64,000 nucleotides of DNA from Deltaproteobacteria bacterium (GTDB taxonomy: Bacteria > Myxococcota > UBA727 > VGSZ01): contig VGSZ01000001.1 of the NCBI GenBank assembly GCA_016874845.1, forward strand, positions 4,581 through 68,580, read 5' to 3'. Numbering within the stretch: the first letter of the stretch is position 1; each line of letters begins with the position of its first letter. Under the pieces are notes generated by a model, which was given only the letters and a program-made list of their open reading frames with translations, had not been told where the DNA came from and made no database searches. Shown one piece after another: positions 8,490-17,267 of this stretch. The position numbers were made by a program, and so were the translations under genes.

Positions 8490-11400
8490 TCAGCTTGCGA
8501 TGCGTCCGCCGTCGAGCAGCGAGCACGGCATCGGGTAGCGCAGGCTCCACTCGATCGTGATCGGCCGCTCGCCGCTGTCCCCGTCGGGCGCCACCGGGCC
8601 GAGGTAGCGAAACGCCATCGTCACACCGGGCCGGTCGCGGTCGCGCTCGCGCACGAAGAGCAGCGGCGTGCAGCCCTCGGCTTGAGGGTGCAGGTGACGT
8701 CGGCCTTCGCGATCGGTCCGCTGCGTGCGCGCCTTCGACTGCCAATGGAACCGACGCTCGTGCAGGGGGAAGTCGCGGTAGCGCAGGTGCTCCTTCGTCG
8801 CCGCGCCCTTCTCGAGCGTCACCAGCAGCAGGTCGAAGCGGCCGCCGGCGACGGCCTCGACGCCGGTGTAGTAGTCGCGGAACCGGCCGTTCGCCGCGCG
8901 GTCGTCGAAGGCCGCGCTGATCTCCGGCCCCAGATACCGCCCGTGCAGCGCCAACGGCACGAGCGGGTCGACAGCGTGGGGAGGCGCGAGGATCGCGTTG
9001 TGGGCCCGCAGCACCGGCACGAGCGCGAGGAGCTCGGCGTGTACCTTCGCCGCGCGCACGAAGCGCTCCCAGGCGACATCGTCGTCGGCCGCGACCGCCT
9101 TGCCGTACAGGACCGTGAACAGCATCCGCATCACGCGCCGCGCACGCTCGTCCTGCGGCCGCTGCAGCTGCGCGAGGCGCTGCCACTCGTCCAGGCGGGT
9201 CGCGTCCCCGACGTGGGTCAACCGGTGCAGCGCGGCGAGGGCGTCCGGCTCGTCGTCGTCGAGCGGATCAACGTCGAGGCCGGCGTCGCGGCGCAGCAGC
9301 GTCCAGCTGCGGTCCTTTGCGTAGACGTCGCCGAGGTCGACGTCGGTTTCGGTGAGGAACTCGGCGAGGCCGAGCGCAGCGTGGGCCGGCTCGCGCACCA
9401 GCGCGACGAGCCCGCGCTTGTCGGTGGGCACCGCGCGCTTCAGCTGGTCGAGCACGTCGCGCTGCGCCATCTCGTCGAAGTGGAAGTGGCAGCCGGCCGG
9501 CAGTCGCCCGAAGCCGTCCTTGACGAACGCATGCAGCTCGCGGTGCGTGTGCCCGAGCAGCGCGCGCAGCCGCTGGTCGAAGCGAAACGAGAGGTGCTGT
9601 CGTCCGGTCAGGTCGAAGACGACGAGCTCGCTCTTGTCGGGCGCCCGCCGCAGTCCGCGACCGAGCTGCTGCAGGAACACGGTGGCGCTCTCGGTGGGTC
9701 GAAACAGGAACAGCGCGTTGACGTTCGGCAGGTCGACGCCTTCGTTGTAGAGGTCGACCACGCAGAGCACCTGAAGGTGACCCTGGTCGAGCTCGATGCG
9801 GGCTCGCCGACGCAGCTCGGCCGGGCTCTCGCCGGTCAGCACGGCGCTGCGCAGCCCGTGGGCGGCGAGCCGCGCGCTGACCGCTTCGGCGTGGCGGACA
9901 GTGGCGCAGAACGCGAGGGCACGCAGCACATCGGGGCGCGCGACGTGTTCGGCGAGCGCGTGGGTCGCGCGCCGCACGAAGATCTCGGCGGCGCCGACGA
10001 GCTTGTCGGCCAGCTCTTCGGTGGCGTAGTGGCCGGCGCGCCACGACAGGCCGCGCAGGTCGACGCCTTCCACGTCGAGCAGGTAGTAGCGAAACGGCAC
10101 CAGCGCGTGCGGGATCGCGTTCCAGAGGCGAAGGTTGCCGACCCATGGCCGCGGAAAGTGGTGCGCGTAGTCGACGCCGTCGGCGCGCTCGGGAGTGCCC
10201 GTCAGGCCCACCAGCTCGCGGGGCCGCACGCGCGCCAGCAGCTGCTCCCACGACGCGGCGGCGGCGTGGTGGGCCTCGTCGATGACCACCATGTCGAACA
10301 TGGCGGGTTCGATCGGGGCGTCGGCGCTGGCGAGCGAGTCGATCGACGCAAAGACGTGCCGGCCCACTGTCGGTCGGTGCCCATCGAACAGCAGCTCGCC
10401 GAACGACGGCACCTGCAGCGCGTGGCGAAAGACGCGCCGGGCCTGCTCGAGGATCTCGCGCCGGTGCGCGACGAACAGCAGCGAGTCGACGGCGCCGGTG
10501 CCACGCAGCGCTCGGTAGTCGAGGGCCGCCATCACCGTCTTGCCCGTGCCGGTGGCGGCGACCACCAGGTTGCGGTGCCGTCCGAGTCGCCGGGCTTCGG
10601 CCAGCTCGGCGAGCACCGGCTTCTGGAAGTCCTTGGGCTCGATCTCGACGAGCTCACCGTCGACTACGTCGACGCGGGGCTGCAGCGCGCGCGCGAGGCG
10701 GCGGCGCTGACGCTCGTCGGCGTGGTCGTAGCGCTCGAACTGGTGGTCGTCGGCCCAGTACTGCTCGAACGTCTCGACCATCTGCGCGAGCACTGCCGGC
10801 TGGTCGACCTCGGTCACGCGGACGTTCCACTCGAGGCCGTCGGTCTGCGCCGCGTGGGACAGGTTCGAGGAGCCGACGTAGGCCGTCGAGTAGCCCGACG
10901 CCCGGTGGAAGACCCACGCCTTCGCGTGCAGGCGCGTCACCTGCTCGTCGAAGGAGACCTTGACGGAGGCGTTCGGCAGACCGGCCAGCCGGGCGACGGC
11001 CTTGGCGTCGGACGCGCCCATGTAGGTCGTCGTCAGCACGCGCAGCGGCCGCCCGCGGGCGACGCAGTGGCTCTCGAGCTCGCGGCGGAATTTCTCGACG
11101 CCGCTGAGCTTCACGAAGGCGCACAGCAGGTCGACGCGGTCGGCGGTCGCGAACTCGCTACGCAGGTGGTCGAGCAGCGACTCGCCCGTCGCGTTCACGA
11201 TCAGCTGCGACGTGTGCAGCGAGCCGCGCGGCGCGTCGACGTCGCTGGCGGGCTTGCGGACGATCGCGGCGAGCCGCTCGGGGCGCAGGGTCAGGTCGTC
11301 GGCGTCGCGAAACGTGTGTGGGGCTCGCGCGCGCAGCACCGCGAGCAGCTCTTCGGCGAGTGCCATGGCGTCGGCCGGCTTGTCGCGCACCTCGATCAGC

Positions 11401-11624
11401 GCCAGCGCGAGCGCCTCCTGCAACAGGGCAACGAGCGGCCCGCGCAGGTCCTCCTGGTCGGCGAGGTTGCGACGCACGGCGACGAGCGTCGGGTCGAGCG
11501 CCGCCAGGTCCCGTGCCACCTGCGCGCTGACGAGCTCGTCGTAGATGCCCGGCTCGAGCGTGCGTCGTCGCCATCGCCCCATGCGACCTCCGTGGGCGGC
11601 CAGGCTACGCCACCGCCGGCCCAC
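8490..11624 (-). CDS. PLD-like nuclease (HKD) + SF2 helicase (ResIII/DEAH) + C-terminal DUF3427 multidomain protein
   Basis: HKD motif TRLHAKAWVF...GSSNLS; Walker A VVAATGTGKT; DEAHH box; helicase-C motifs QQLGRGLRR; long conserved C-terminal domain. Confidence 0.85.
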   Translation of the reverse strand: MGRRWRSLAAHGGRMGRWRRRTLEPGIYDELVSAQVARDLAALDPTLVAVRRNLADQEDLRGPLVALLQEALALALIEVRDKPADAMALAEELLAVLRARAPHTFRDADDLTLRPERLAAIVRKPASDVDAPRGSLHTSQLIVNATGESLLDHLRSEFATADRVDLLCAFVKLSGVEKFRRELESHCVARGRPLRVLTTTYMGASDAKAVARLAGLPNASVKVSFDEQVTRLHAKAWVFHRASGYSTAYVGSSNLSHAAQTDGLEWNVRVTEVDQPAVLAQMVETFEQYWADDHQFERYDHADERQRRRLARALQPRVDVVDGELVEIEPKDFQKPVLAELAEARRLGRHRNLVVAATGTGKTVMAALDYRALRGTGAVDSLLFVAHRREILEQARRVFRHALQVPSFGELLFDGHRPTVGRHVFASIDSLASADAPIEPAMFDMVVIDEAHHAAAASWEQLLARVRPRELVGLTGTPERADGVDYAHHFPRPWVGNLRLWNAIPHALVPFRYYLLDVEGVDLRGLSWRAGHYATEELADKLVGAAEIFVRRATHALAEHVARPDVLRALAFCATVRHAEAVSARLAAHGLRSAVLTGESPAELRRRARIELDQGHLQVLCVVDLYNEGVDLPNVNALFLFRPTESATVFLQQLGRGLRRAPDKSELVVFDLTGRQHLSFRFDQRLRALLGHTHRELHAFVKDGFGRLPAGCHFHFDEMAQRDVLDQLKRAVPTDKRGLVALVREPAHAALGLAEFLTETDVDLGDVYAKDRSWTLLRRDAGLDVDPLDDDEPDALAALHRLTHVGDATRLDEWQRLAQLQRPQDERARRVMRMLFTVLYGKAVAADDDVAWERFVRAAKVHAELLALVPVLRAHNAILAPPHAVDPLVPLALHGRYLGPEISAAFDDRAANGRFRDYYTGVEAVAGGRFDLLLVTLEKGAATKEHLRYRDFPLHERRFHWQSKARTQRTDREGRRHLHPQAEGCTPLLFVRERDRDRPGVTMAFRYLGPVAPDGDSGERPITIEWSLRYPMPCSLLDGGRIAS

Positions 11625-11649
11625 GCGCGCACGACCTTTCGGAGCCCGC

Positions 11650-13020
11650 TCAGAGCATCGAGTCGTCGAGCAGCGCGCGGCCGGGCTCGAAGGTACCCAA
11701 TGTGTCGCCGCCGTCGGGGGCGAGCTTCAACTGCTGGTGCGTCTCGTCGAGCACGAGGGTCGCCTTGCCCAGCACGACGATGCCGGTGGCCTCGACGGGC
11801 TTCGTCACGAGCTCGAACGTGCCCGTCGCCGTCTGCGTCCACGACAGCGCCTGCTTCTGCTTCTTCTTCTCGCCCTTGCAGCTCTCGACGAGCTCGAGGG
11901 TGCCTTGCCCGGCCACGCGGCCGTCCTTGCCCGGCCTGCCGCCGGCGAACATCAGCGTCACCCAGGCGCTGCGGCACGACGCGCCTTGCAGCGTCCACGT
12001 CGCCGTACGCTCGGTGAGGCGCGTCGGCACGTCCATCGTCGCGACGGACGGCAGGCCGACCAGCTCGCGCACCTCGGGCTCGCCGCACCAGGCGTCGAAG
12101 GCCGGGTCCCTCTTTGCGCCGTCGAGCAGTCGCTTCGCTGCTGCGTTGGCGGGCGCGGCCTGCTTCAGCCAGGCGAGGTTCTCGATCATCGCGGTGCGGC
12201 CGATGCCGCCCTGGGCCTCGGCCGCCGCCCGCGCGTAGCGCGCCGCCGCGTAGGTCGGGTCGGCGACCAGCGCGTCGTCGAGGACGCGGCCGGCGCCGGA
12301 CCAGTCGCGCTTCTTCATCAGCGCCGCGGCCTCCTGCTCCTTCGCGATGGCCACCCTGCGGGCCGCCGCGCCGCCGCCGCGCAGCAGGGCGCCCACGTCA
12401 GCGACGACGATCAGGCGGCGCGCCGCGGACCCGGCGGCCGGCTTGCCGGTCTCCAGCGCGACGGCGACGGCGGCCCCGTCCTTGCGCCACACGACATCGC
12501 CGAGCTTCAGGGCCTCGGGGGCGGTCACCGACGGCAGCGCCAGCGCGCGGTCCTTGCTGCCCGGGTCGACAACGGCGACGGCGTGGGTCGTCGTGGTGCC
12601 GTCGGCCGTCGCCTTGAGCTCGATCTTCAGGCCCCACGGCGAGGTCCTCAGCGGCTTGTCGCCGCCGAGCGCGCTCATGGCCCACGGGGCCACCGGCCCG
12701 CCCACCGCCGCCTCGTCGACGGCAGCGCACAGGACGCCGACGTCGACCTTCAGGCCCGCCGGCCACGCCGCCGGAACGTCGTCGCCGCTGGCGCGACAGG
12801 CGCGCACGCCGACCAGCTTCTTGCTGGTGTCGAGCAGCGTGACGAAGTGCAGGTCGCCCGCCGGGTGCCAGCCGAGGAACCCCTGTTGCTCGTCGGGCGC
12901 CGCGATCGAGGGCGCCGTCGCCCCCCCGGGCGGCGCGGGAACGTCGACGCCGGCGCCGGCGGCGCGGGCGAAGAGCAGGACAGACGACAGGGCGGCGGCG
13001 ACGAGGACGGGGCGCGTCAT
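11650..13020 (-). CDS. hypothetical secreted protein with signal peptide, 26 bp upstream of the helicase on the same strand
   Basis: N-terminal MTRPVLVAAALSSVLLFARAAGAG; coherent GC3 frame. ORF 11650..13020. Confidence 0.55.
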   Translation of the reverse strand: MTRPVLVAAALSSVLLFARAAGAGVDVPAPPGGATAPSIAAPDEQQGFLGWHPAGDLHFVTLLDTSKKLVGVRACRASGDDVPAAWPAGLKVDVGVLCAAVDEAAVGGPVAPWAMSALGGDKPLRTSPWGLKIELKATADGTTTTHAVAVVDPGSKDRALALPSVTAPEALKLGDVVWRKDGAAVAVALETGKPAAGSAARRLIVVADVGALLRGGGAAARRVAIAKEQEAAALMKKRDWSGAGRVLDDALVADPTYAAARYARAAAEAQGGIGRTAMIENLAWLKQAAPANAAAKRLLDGAKRDPAFDAWCGEPEVRELVGLPSVATMDVPTRLTERTATWTLQGASCRSAWVTLMFAGGRPGKDGRVAGQGTLELVESCKGEKKKQKQALSWTQTATGTFELVTKPVEATGIVVLGKATLVLDETHQQLKLAPDGGDTLGTFEPGRALLDDSML

Positions 13021-13362
13021 GGCGGCAGCGATACACCCGGCGTGCGGCTCCCGCCACCTCGCGCGCCGGGCTCCGAGACGGGCTCCGAAACGGGCTCCGG
13101 GACGGGCCGGCGGACCTCAGCATCCGACACAATTCTTTCGACGATCTCCGCCGGATTCAGCGCCTGCGCCGGACCGGACTCTCATCGCCTGGCCCCTTCC
13201 CCATTTCTGGAAATTCTGGCGGAAGAAGGAAGTGACGTTCGAGTTCAGCAGCGTCGCCTCCTGTCGCGAGGCTGAGCACGAGGAAGCCCACACCCAGGAT
13301 CGGGTATGAGCAGCGGCGAAGCCGCGGGTAAGGGCCGGTGTCGCCGCGCTGCCTCGCCGCGC

Positions 13363-13562
13363 TGCGACAGAAGACGTCGCATGCCGCGTCCGGACGCGGC
13401 GGGTCGGCGCGGCCCGCGTTGCCGTGCCAAGGTGCGACAGAAAACGTCGCAGGCGCGTCCGGACGAGGAGCGGAATGAGGCAGAGTGACGACAGAGATTC
13501 GCGCGCTTGCGACGACGTCGGCGTCAGGATGCCTTTTCCCGGGTGCGACGGAAACCGTCGCA
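13363..13562. promoter_or_regulatory. three perfect 19-bp palindromes TGCGAC-N7-GTCGCA (13363-13381, 13433-13451, 13544-13562) in the leader of the tandem-AAA+ gene
   Basis: Seen directly. Spacers are AGAAGAC, AGAAAAC and GGAAACC. A TGGCAC (-24-like) element at 13569 has an imperfect -12. RBS GGGAGG lies 6 nt before the ATG at 13606. Confidence 0.6.
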
Positions 13563-13605
13563 GGTCGCTGGCACATTGGTGGTCCACTTCTTCAGGGAGG
13601 GACCG

Positions 13606-15933
13606 ATGCCGAAGTACCGCCTGCACGCGATGCTGGTCGAGGATCCGCGGACGCACCTGTGGCTGCTGCGCGCCATCGACGCCATCGGCATGCTCGACGG
13701 CGAGGGACACCTGGATGTGATGACGCAGGCGGCGCTGGGGCTGGGGCCGCGGGACCGGCCCGAGCCGGCGGTGCTGCGGCGGCGGGTGCGGGCGAAGGTC
13801 GCGGCGCTCGCGAAGCAGCCGGCGTCGGGCTTGTTGCATGACAACGCTGCGCGGCTGGGGCGGGTGGCGCACCTCGACCGGATCGACGTCGAGGTGTTCT
13901 GCGCGGTGGCGCGCACGACGACGACGCCGTTTCGGCCGCTGCGCGATCACCTCGACGACATCGACGCGATGGAGCGCTACGTCGCCGCGATGCTCGACCG
14001 GCCCGAGCGCGACGTGCAGCGCGCGCTGGCGAGCAACGGCACGCTGCGCCAGGCTGGCCTGCTCGTCGACCAGACGCACCGCCACTACTCGGTGGCGCTG
14101 GCGCCGGCGCCGCGCCTCGAGGAGCTGTTGCAGCAGCGCTTCACCAGCGACGCCGCGTTTCTCGATGCGCTGGTGCCGCAGGCGAAGGAGCCAACGTTGC
14201 TGGCCAGCGACTATCCGTCGATCACCGACCTCGTGGCGCTGGCGGAGCAGCAGCTGCGCGTCGCCTGCGTCTGCGCAGCGCGGACGCCGACGAACATCCT
14301 GCTGCATGGTCCGCCGGGAACCGGCAAGAGCGAGCTGTCCCGCGTGCTGGCCCGGCGCGTCGGCGCGAGCCTGTACGAGGTCGCCGTCGCCGATGAGAAG
14401 GGCGAGGCGCGCACCCGCGACGAGCGGCTCGCCCACCTCGTGCTGTGCCAGCGGATCCTGTCGCCCCGCCCCGACGCGGTCCTCGTCGTCGACGAGGCCG
14501 AAGACATCTTTCCGCGCGCGGCCAGCGGTCCCTTCTCGTTCGTGCCGGCGTCCACCGAGAAGAAGGGCTTCCTGGTGCGCCTGCTCGAGACGCCAGCGGT
14601 GCCGACGCTGTGGGTCACGAACGCCGTCGACGCCATCGACGAGGCATTCCTGCGGCGCTTCGATTTGATCGTCGCCGTCGAGTCGCCCCGCGGCCGCGTG
14701 CGCGCTGCGATGGTCGACCGCGCCATCGGCGACCTCCCCCTCAAGCCGTCGACGCGGGCCCTGCTGCAGCAGGACCCCCGCCTCGCCCCGGCGATGGTCG
14801 ACCGCGCGCTGCGGGCGGCGCGCCTCGTCGCCGGTCGTCTGCCCTCGCCCGAGCCGCCGAGCGACGCCGCGTCGTCGATGACCACGCCGGCGACGTCGGT
14901 GACGTCGGCGGCGCCGGCAACGCCGGCGACGTCGGCAACGTCGGCGAGCGCACGGCGCGGCCGGTCGCTGGCGACGAGGCGCGATCGCAGCGACAAGGGG
15001 GCGAAGGCGGCGGCGCGGCAGCGGTCCTTGTCGTCAGCCTCGCTGTCGGCGCCGTCCGTGACGCCGCCTCCTGTCGAGCTGTCGTCGTCGGCTGCGCCGG
15101 CGGGCACGTCCTCAGGGACGCCGCCGCTGTCGCCGGACCGCGCCGTCGAGCTTGTGGCGCAGGGCTTCCTGTCGGCGTGCGGTGGCGGCGCGCGGGCGTC
15201 GCGGCGGACGCCCGCGCTGCCGTGGGATCAGTCGCTGCTGAACGCGACGCCGTCGGTGGACAGCGTCGTCGACCTGCTGGTGCAGCGGCGAGTGACGCAG
15301 GCGTCGCTCTTGCTGCTCGGCCCACCGGGGTGCGGCAAGACCGAGCTGGTGCGGCAGCTGGCCGAGCGCACCGGGCGTCCGCTCGTCGAGAAGCGCGCGT
15401 CGGAGCTGCTCAGCAAGTGGGTGGGCGAGAGCGAGAAGCTGCTGGCGGCGATGTTCCGCGAGGCGCGCGCCGAGGGCGGCATCCTGTTCCTCGACGAGGC
15501 CGAGACCTTCCTGTCGTCACGCGCCGAGGCGAAGGCGCACTGGCAGGTCACCCAGACCAACGAGCTCCTGGTGCAGATGGCGGACTTCGACGGCCTGTTC
15601 GTCGCGGCGACGAACTTGACCGATCAGGTCGACGTCGCGGCGTTCCGGCGCTTTGACCTGAAGGTGCGCTTTGACCCGCTGACGCTGCCGCAGCGCGAGC
15701 GCGTGCTGGCGCGTCTGCTGCCCGACGAGGGCCGACGTGACGATGACGTCCTTCAGCTGGTGGCGGCGGCGTCGCGGCTGTCGGGCCTGTGCATCGGCGA
15801 CGTCGTGGCGGTGCAGCGCGGGCTGCGGCTGGCCGCCGCGCCGTCGGTGGACGACGTGGTGCGTCGCCTCGTCGACGAGGTAGCGCGGCGGCGCGGCGCC
15901 GGCCGGTCGCGCATCGGCTTCGACGCAGCTTGA
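13606..15933 (+). CDS. tandem AAA+ ATPase (two classic-clade AAA modules) with an about 220-aa N-terminal domain of unknown function
   Basis: Module 1: ILLHGPPGTGKSELSRVLA and Walker B LVVDEAEDIF. Module 2: LLLLGPPGCGKTELVRQLA, SKWVGESEK and ILFLDEAETF. S/T/P/A-rich linker between the modules. Confidence 0.8.
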   Translation: MPKYRLHAMLVEDPRTHLWLLRAIDAIGMLDGEGHLDVMTQAALGLGPRDRPEPAVLRRRVRAKVAALAKQPASGLLHDNAARLGRVAHLDRIDVEVFCAVARTTTTPFRPLRDHLDDIDAMERYVAAMLDRPERDVQRALASNGTLRQAGLLVDQTHRHYSVALAPAPRLEELLQQRFTSDAAFLDALVPQAKEPTLLASDYPSITDLVALAEQQLRVACVCAARTPTNILLHGPPGTGKSELSRVLARRVGASLYEVAVADEKGEARTRDERLAHLVLCQRILSPRPDAVLVVDEAEDIFPRAASGPFSFVPASTEKKGFLVRLLETPAVPTLWVTNAVDAIDEAFLRRFDLIVAVESPRGRVRAAMVDRAIGDLPLKPSTRALLQQDPRLAPAMVDRALRAARLVAGRLPSPEPPSDAASSMTTPATSVTSAAPATPATSATSASARRGRSLATRRDRSDKGAKAAARQRSLSSASLSAPSVTPPPVELSSSAAPAGTSSGTPPLSPDRAVELVAQGFLSACGGGARASRRTPALPWDQSLLNATPSVDSVVDLLVQRRVTQASLLLLGPPGCGKTELVRQLAERTGRPLVEKRASELLSKWVGESEKLLAAMFREARAEGGILFLDEAETFLSSRAEAKAHWQVTQTNELLVQMADFDGLFVAATNLTDQVDVAAFRRFDLKVRFDPLTLPQRERVLARLLPDEGRRDDDVLQLVAAASRLSGLCIGDVVAVQRGLRLAAAPSVDDVVRRLVDEVARRRGAGRSRIGFDAA

Positions 15934-15973
15934 CGGCACGGGGCGTGGCGCCGTCGAAGCCGGGCGGCGGCGG

Positions 15974-16534
15974 CTACGGGGTCGGCGGCGACCGCGACGG
16001 GGTCGAGGCCGTGGCGTCGTCGGTCTGCTGCCGGCGGAACGCGATCAGGCGCTCGCGCAGCGCCTCGTCGTGCAGCGCGAGGATGGCGCAGGCGAGCAGG
16101 GCGGCGTTCTTGGCGCCGGCGTCGCCGATGGCCAGCGTGCCGACAGGGATGCCGCCGGGCATCTGCACGATGGACAGCAGCGAGTCGAGGCCGTTCAGCG
16201 CCCGCGACTGCACGGGCACGCCGAGGACGGGCAGGTGGGTCTTGGCGGCGAGCATGCCCGGCAGGTGGGCGGCGCCGCCGGCGCCGGCGACGATCACGTG
16301 CAGGCCCCGGTCGGCGGCGGTCTCGGCGTAGCGAAACAGCTCGTCGGGCATCCGGTGCGCCGACACCACGCGAGACTCGTAGGCGACGCCCAGCGCGTCG
16401 AGGATGTCGGCGGCCCTCTGCATCGTCGGACCGTCGCTGGCCGAGCCCATGACCACCCCCACCCGCGGGCCCATCGGAGGGCCCGTCGGCGGGCCCATCG
16501 GAGGGGAGGCGGTCGTCGTCGTCGTCGTGCTCAT
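15974..16534 (-). CDS. purE: 5-(carboxyamino)imidazole ribonucleotide mutase
   Basis: Motifs [20 protein letters not shown] and [18 protein letters not shown]. The N-terminal [13 protein letters not shown] is encoded by a short direct repeat; the true start may be the internal Met (about 16474). Confidence 0.85.
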   Translation of the reverse strand: MSTTTTTTASPPMGPPTGPPMGPRVGVVMGSASDGPTMQRAADILDALGVAYESRVVSAHRMPDELFRYAETAADRGLHVIVAGAGGAAHLPGMLAAKTHLPVLGVPVQSRALNGLDSLLSIVQMPGGIPVGTLAIGDAGAKNAALLACAILALHDEALRERLIAFRRQQTDDATASTPSRSPPTP

Positions 16535-16636
16535 CGAAGGGTCTCCGCTGGGTCCGCGTCGTCGTCGAGAACGTCGTCGACCCCGTCGTCGGACGAAGAC
16601 GGGGCCGGCGCCCGCTTCGTGCGCGAGGGCGACGGG

Positions 16637-16981
16637 TCAGAGCTTGCGCAGCAGCTCGTTCAGGCGGTCGCGCGCCGCCTCGATCTCGGGGTCGGGGCGC
16701 GGCTCGACGTGGCGGGGGTACTCCTCGGCGCGCGGCGCCGGCAGCGGAGCGCGCACCGGGTCGGGCGCGGGCGACGACGGCGCGCTCGTCTGCGCGGGGT
16801 CGCGGGCCGGCTTCGCCGCCTTCGCCGACTTCGGCCGGGGCAGCGGGACGTCGCGGTCGAAGAAGCGGTCTTCCACCTTGTCGACCAGCTCAGCGAACGT
16901 GATCTGCCCGAACTTCATCCCGCCCACGACCTTCAGCCCGACGTCGGCCACCAACACCACCGAAAACCCGACGACGGCCAT
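16637..16981 (-). CDS. hypothetical small protein downstream of tolB (start uncertain; may extend to include an N-terminal TM helix)
   Basis: C-terminal part of ORF 16637..17410 with coding-like GC3. The N-terminal G/R-rich part overlaps tolB and is likely not translated. Confidence 0.3.
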   Translation of the reverse strand: MAVVGFSVVLVADVGLKVVGGMKFGQITFAELVDKVEDRFFDRDVPLPRPKSAKAAKPARDPAQTSAPSSPAPDPVRAPLPAPRAEEYPRHVEPRPDPEIEAARDRLNELLRKL

Positions 16982-17267
16982 CACCACCAGCAACACGCCG
17001 AACTTGAAGAGGCGAAGCAGCAGCGACGGCTTCGGGGTGCCTGCCCGGCTGGCCTTCCCACCCTTGTCCCGGCGGGCGGCGCCCGGCGGGGCCCCGCCGC
17101 CGCCATCCTTGCGCTCGTTCCACGCCCCGCGCCGGCCGGCGGCGAGGCGACCACTGGATCCCGTTTCGGCTTTCTTCGCTGCGCGTCCCACGTCGGCACC
17201 GTAAGGGGCCGTCGAACACCCACGCCAATTTTCTGCCCGCGGCCCACGCCCGGGAGCACCGCCTAGC

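Noticed and set aside
13066-13110. 12-bp repeat GGGCTCCGA(G/A)ACG x3 (GSETGSETGSGTG)
   Set aside because: Short, imperfect, in a non-coding leader. Not CRISPR-like (no spacers) and not obviously functional.
13565-13585. Sigma-54 promoter (TGGCAC-N5-TGGTC) downstream of palindrome 3
   Set aside because: The -24 element is perfect but the -12 lacks the conserved GC (TGGT instead of TTGC). Kept only as a note within the regulatory-array finding.
16453-16534. Direct repeat encoding [13 protein letters not shown] at the purE N-terminus
   Set aside because: Most likely upstream of the true start (internal Met about 16474), so not part of the enzyme.
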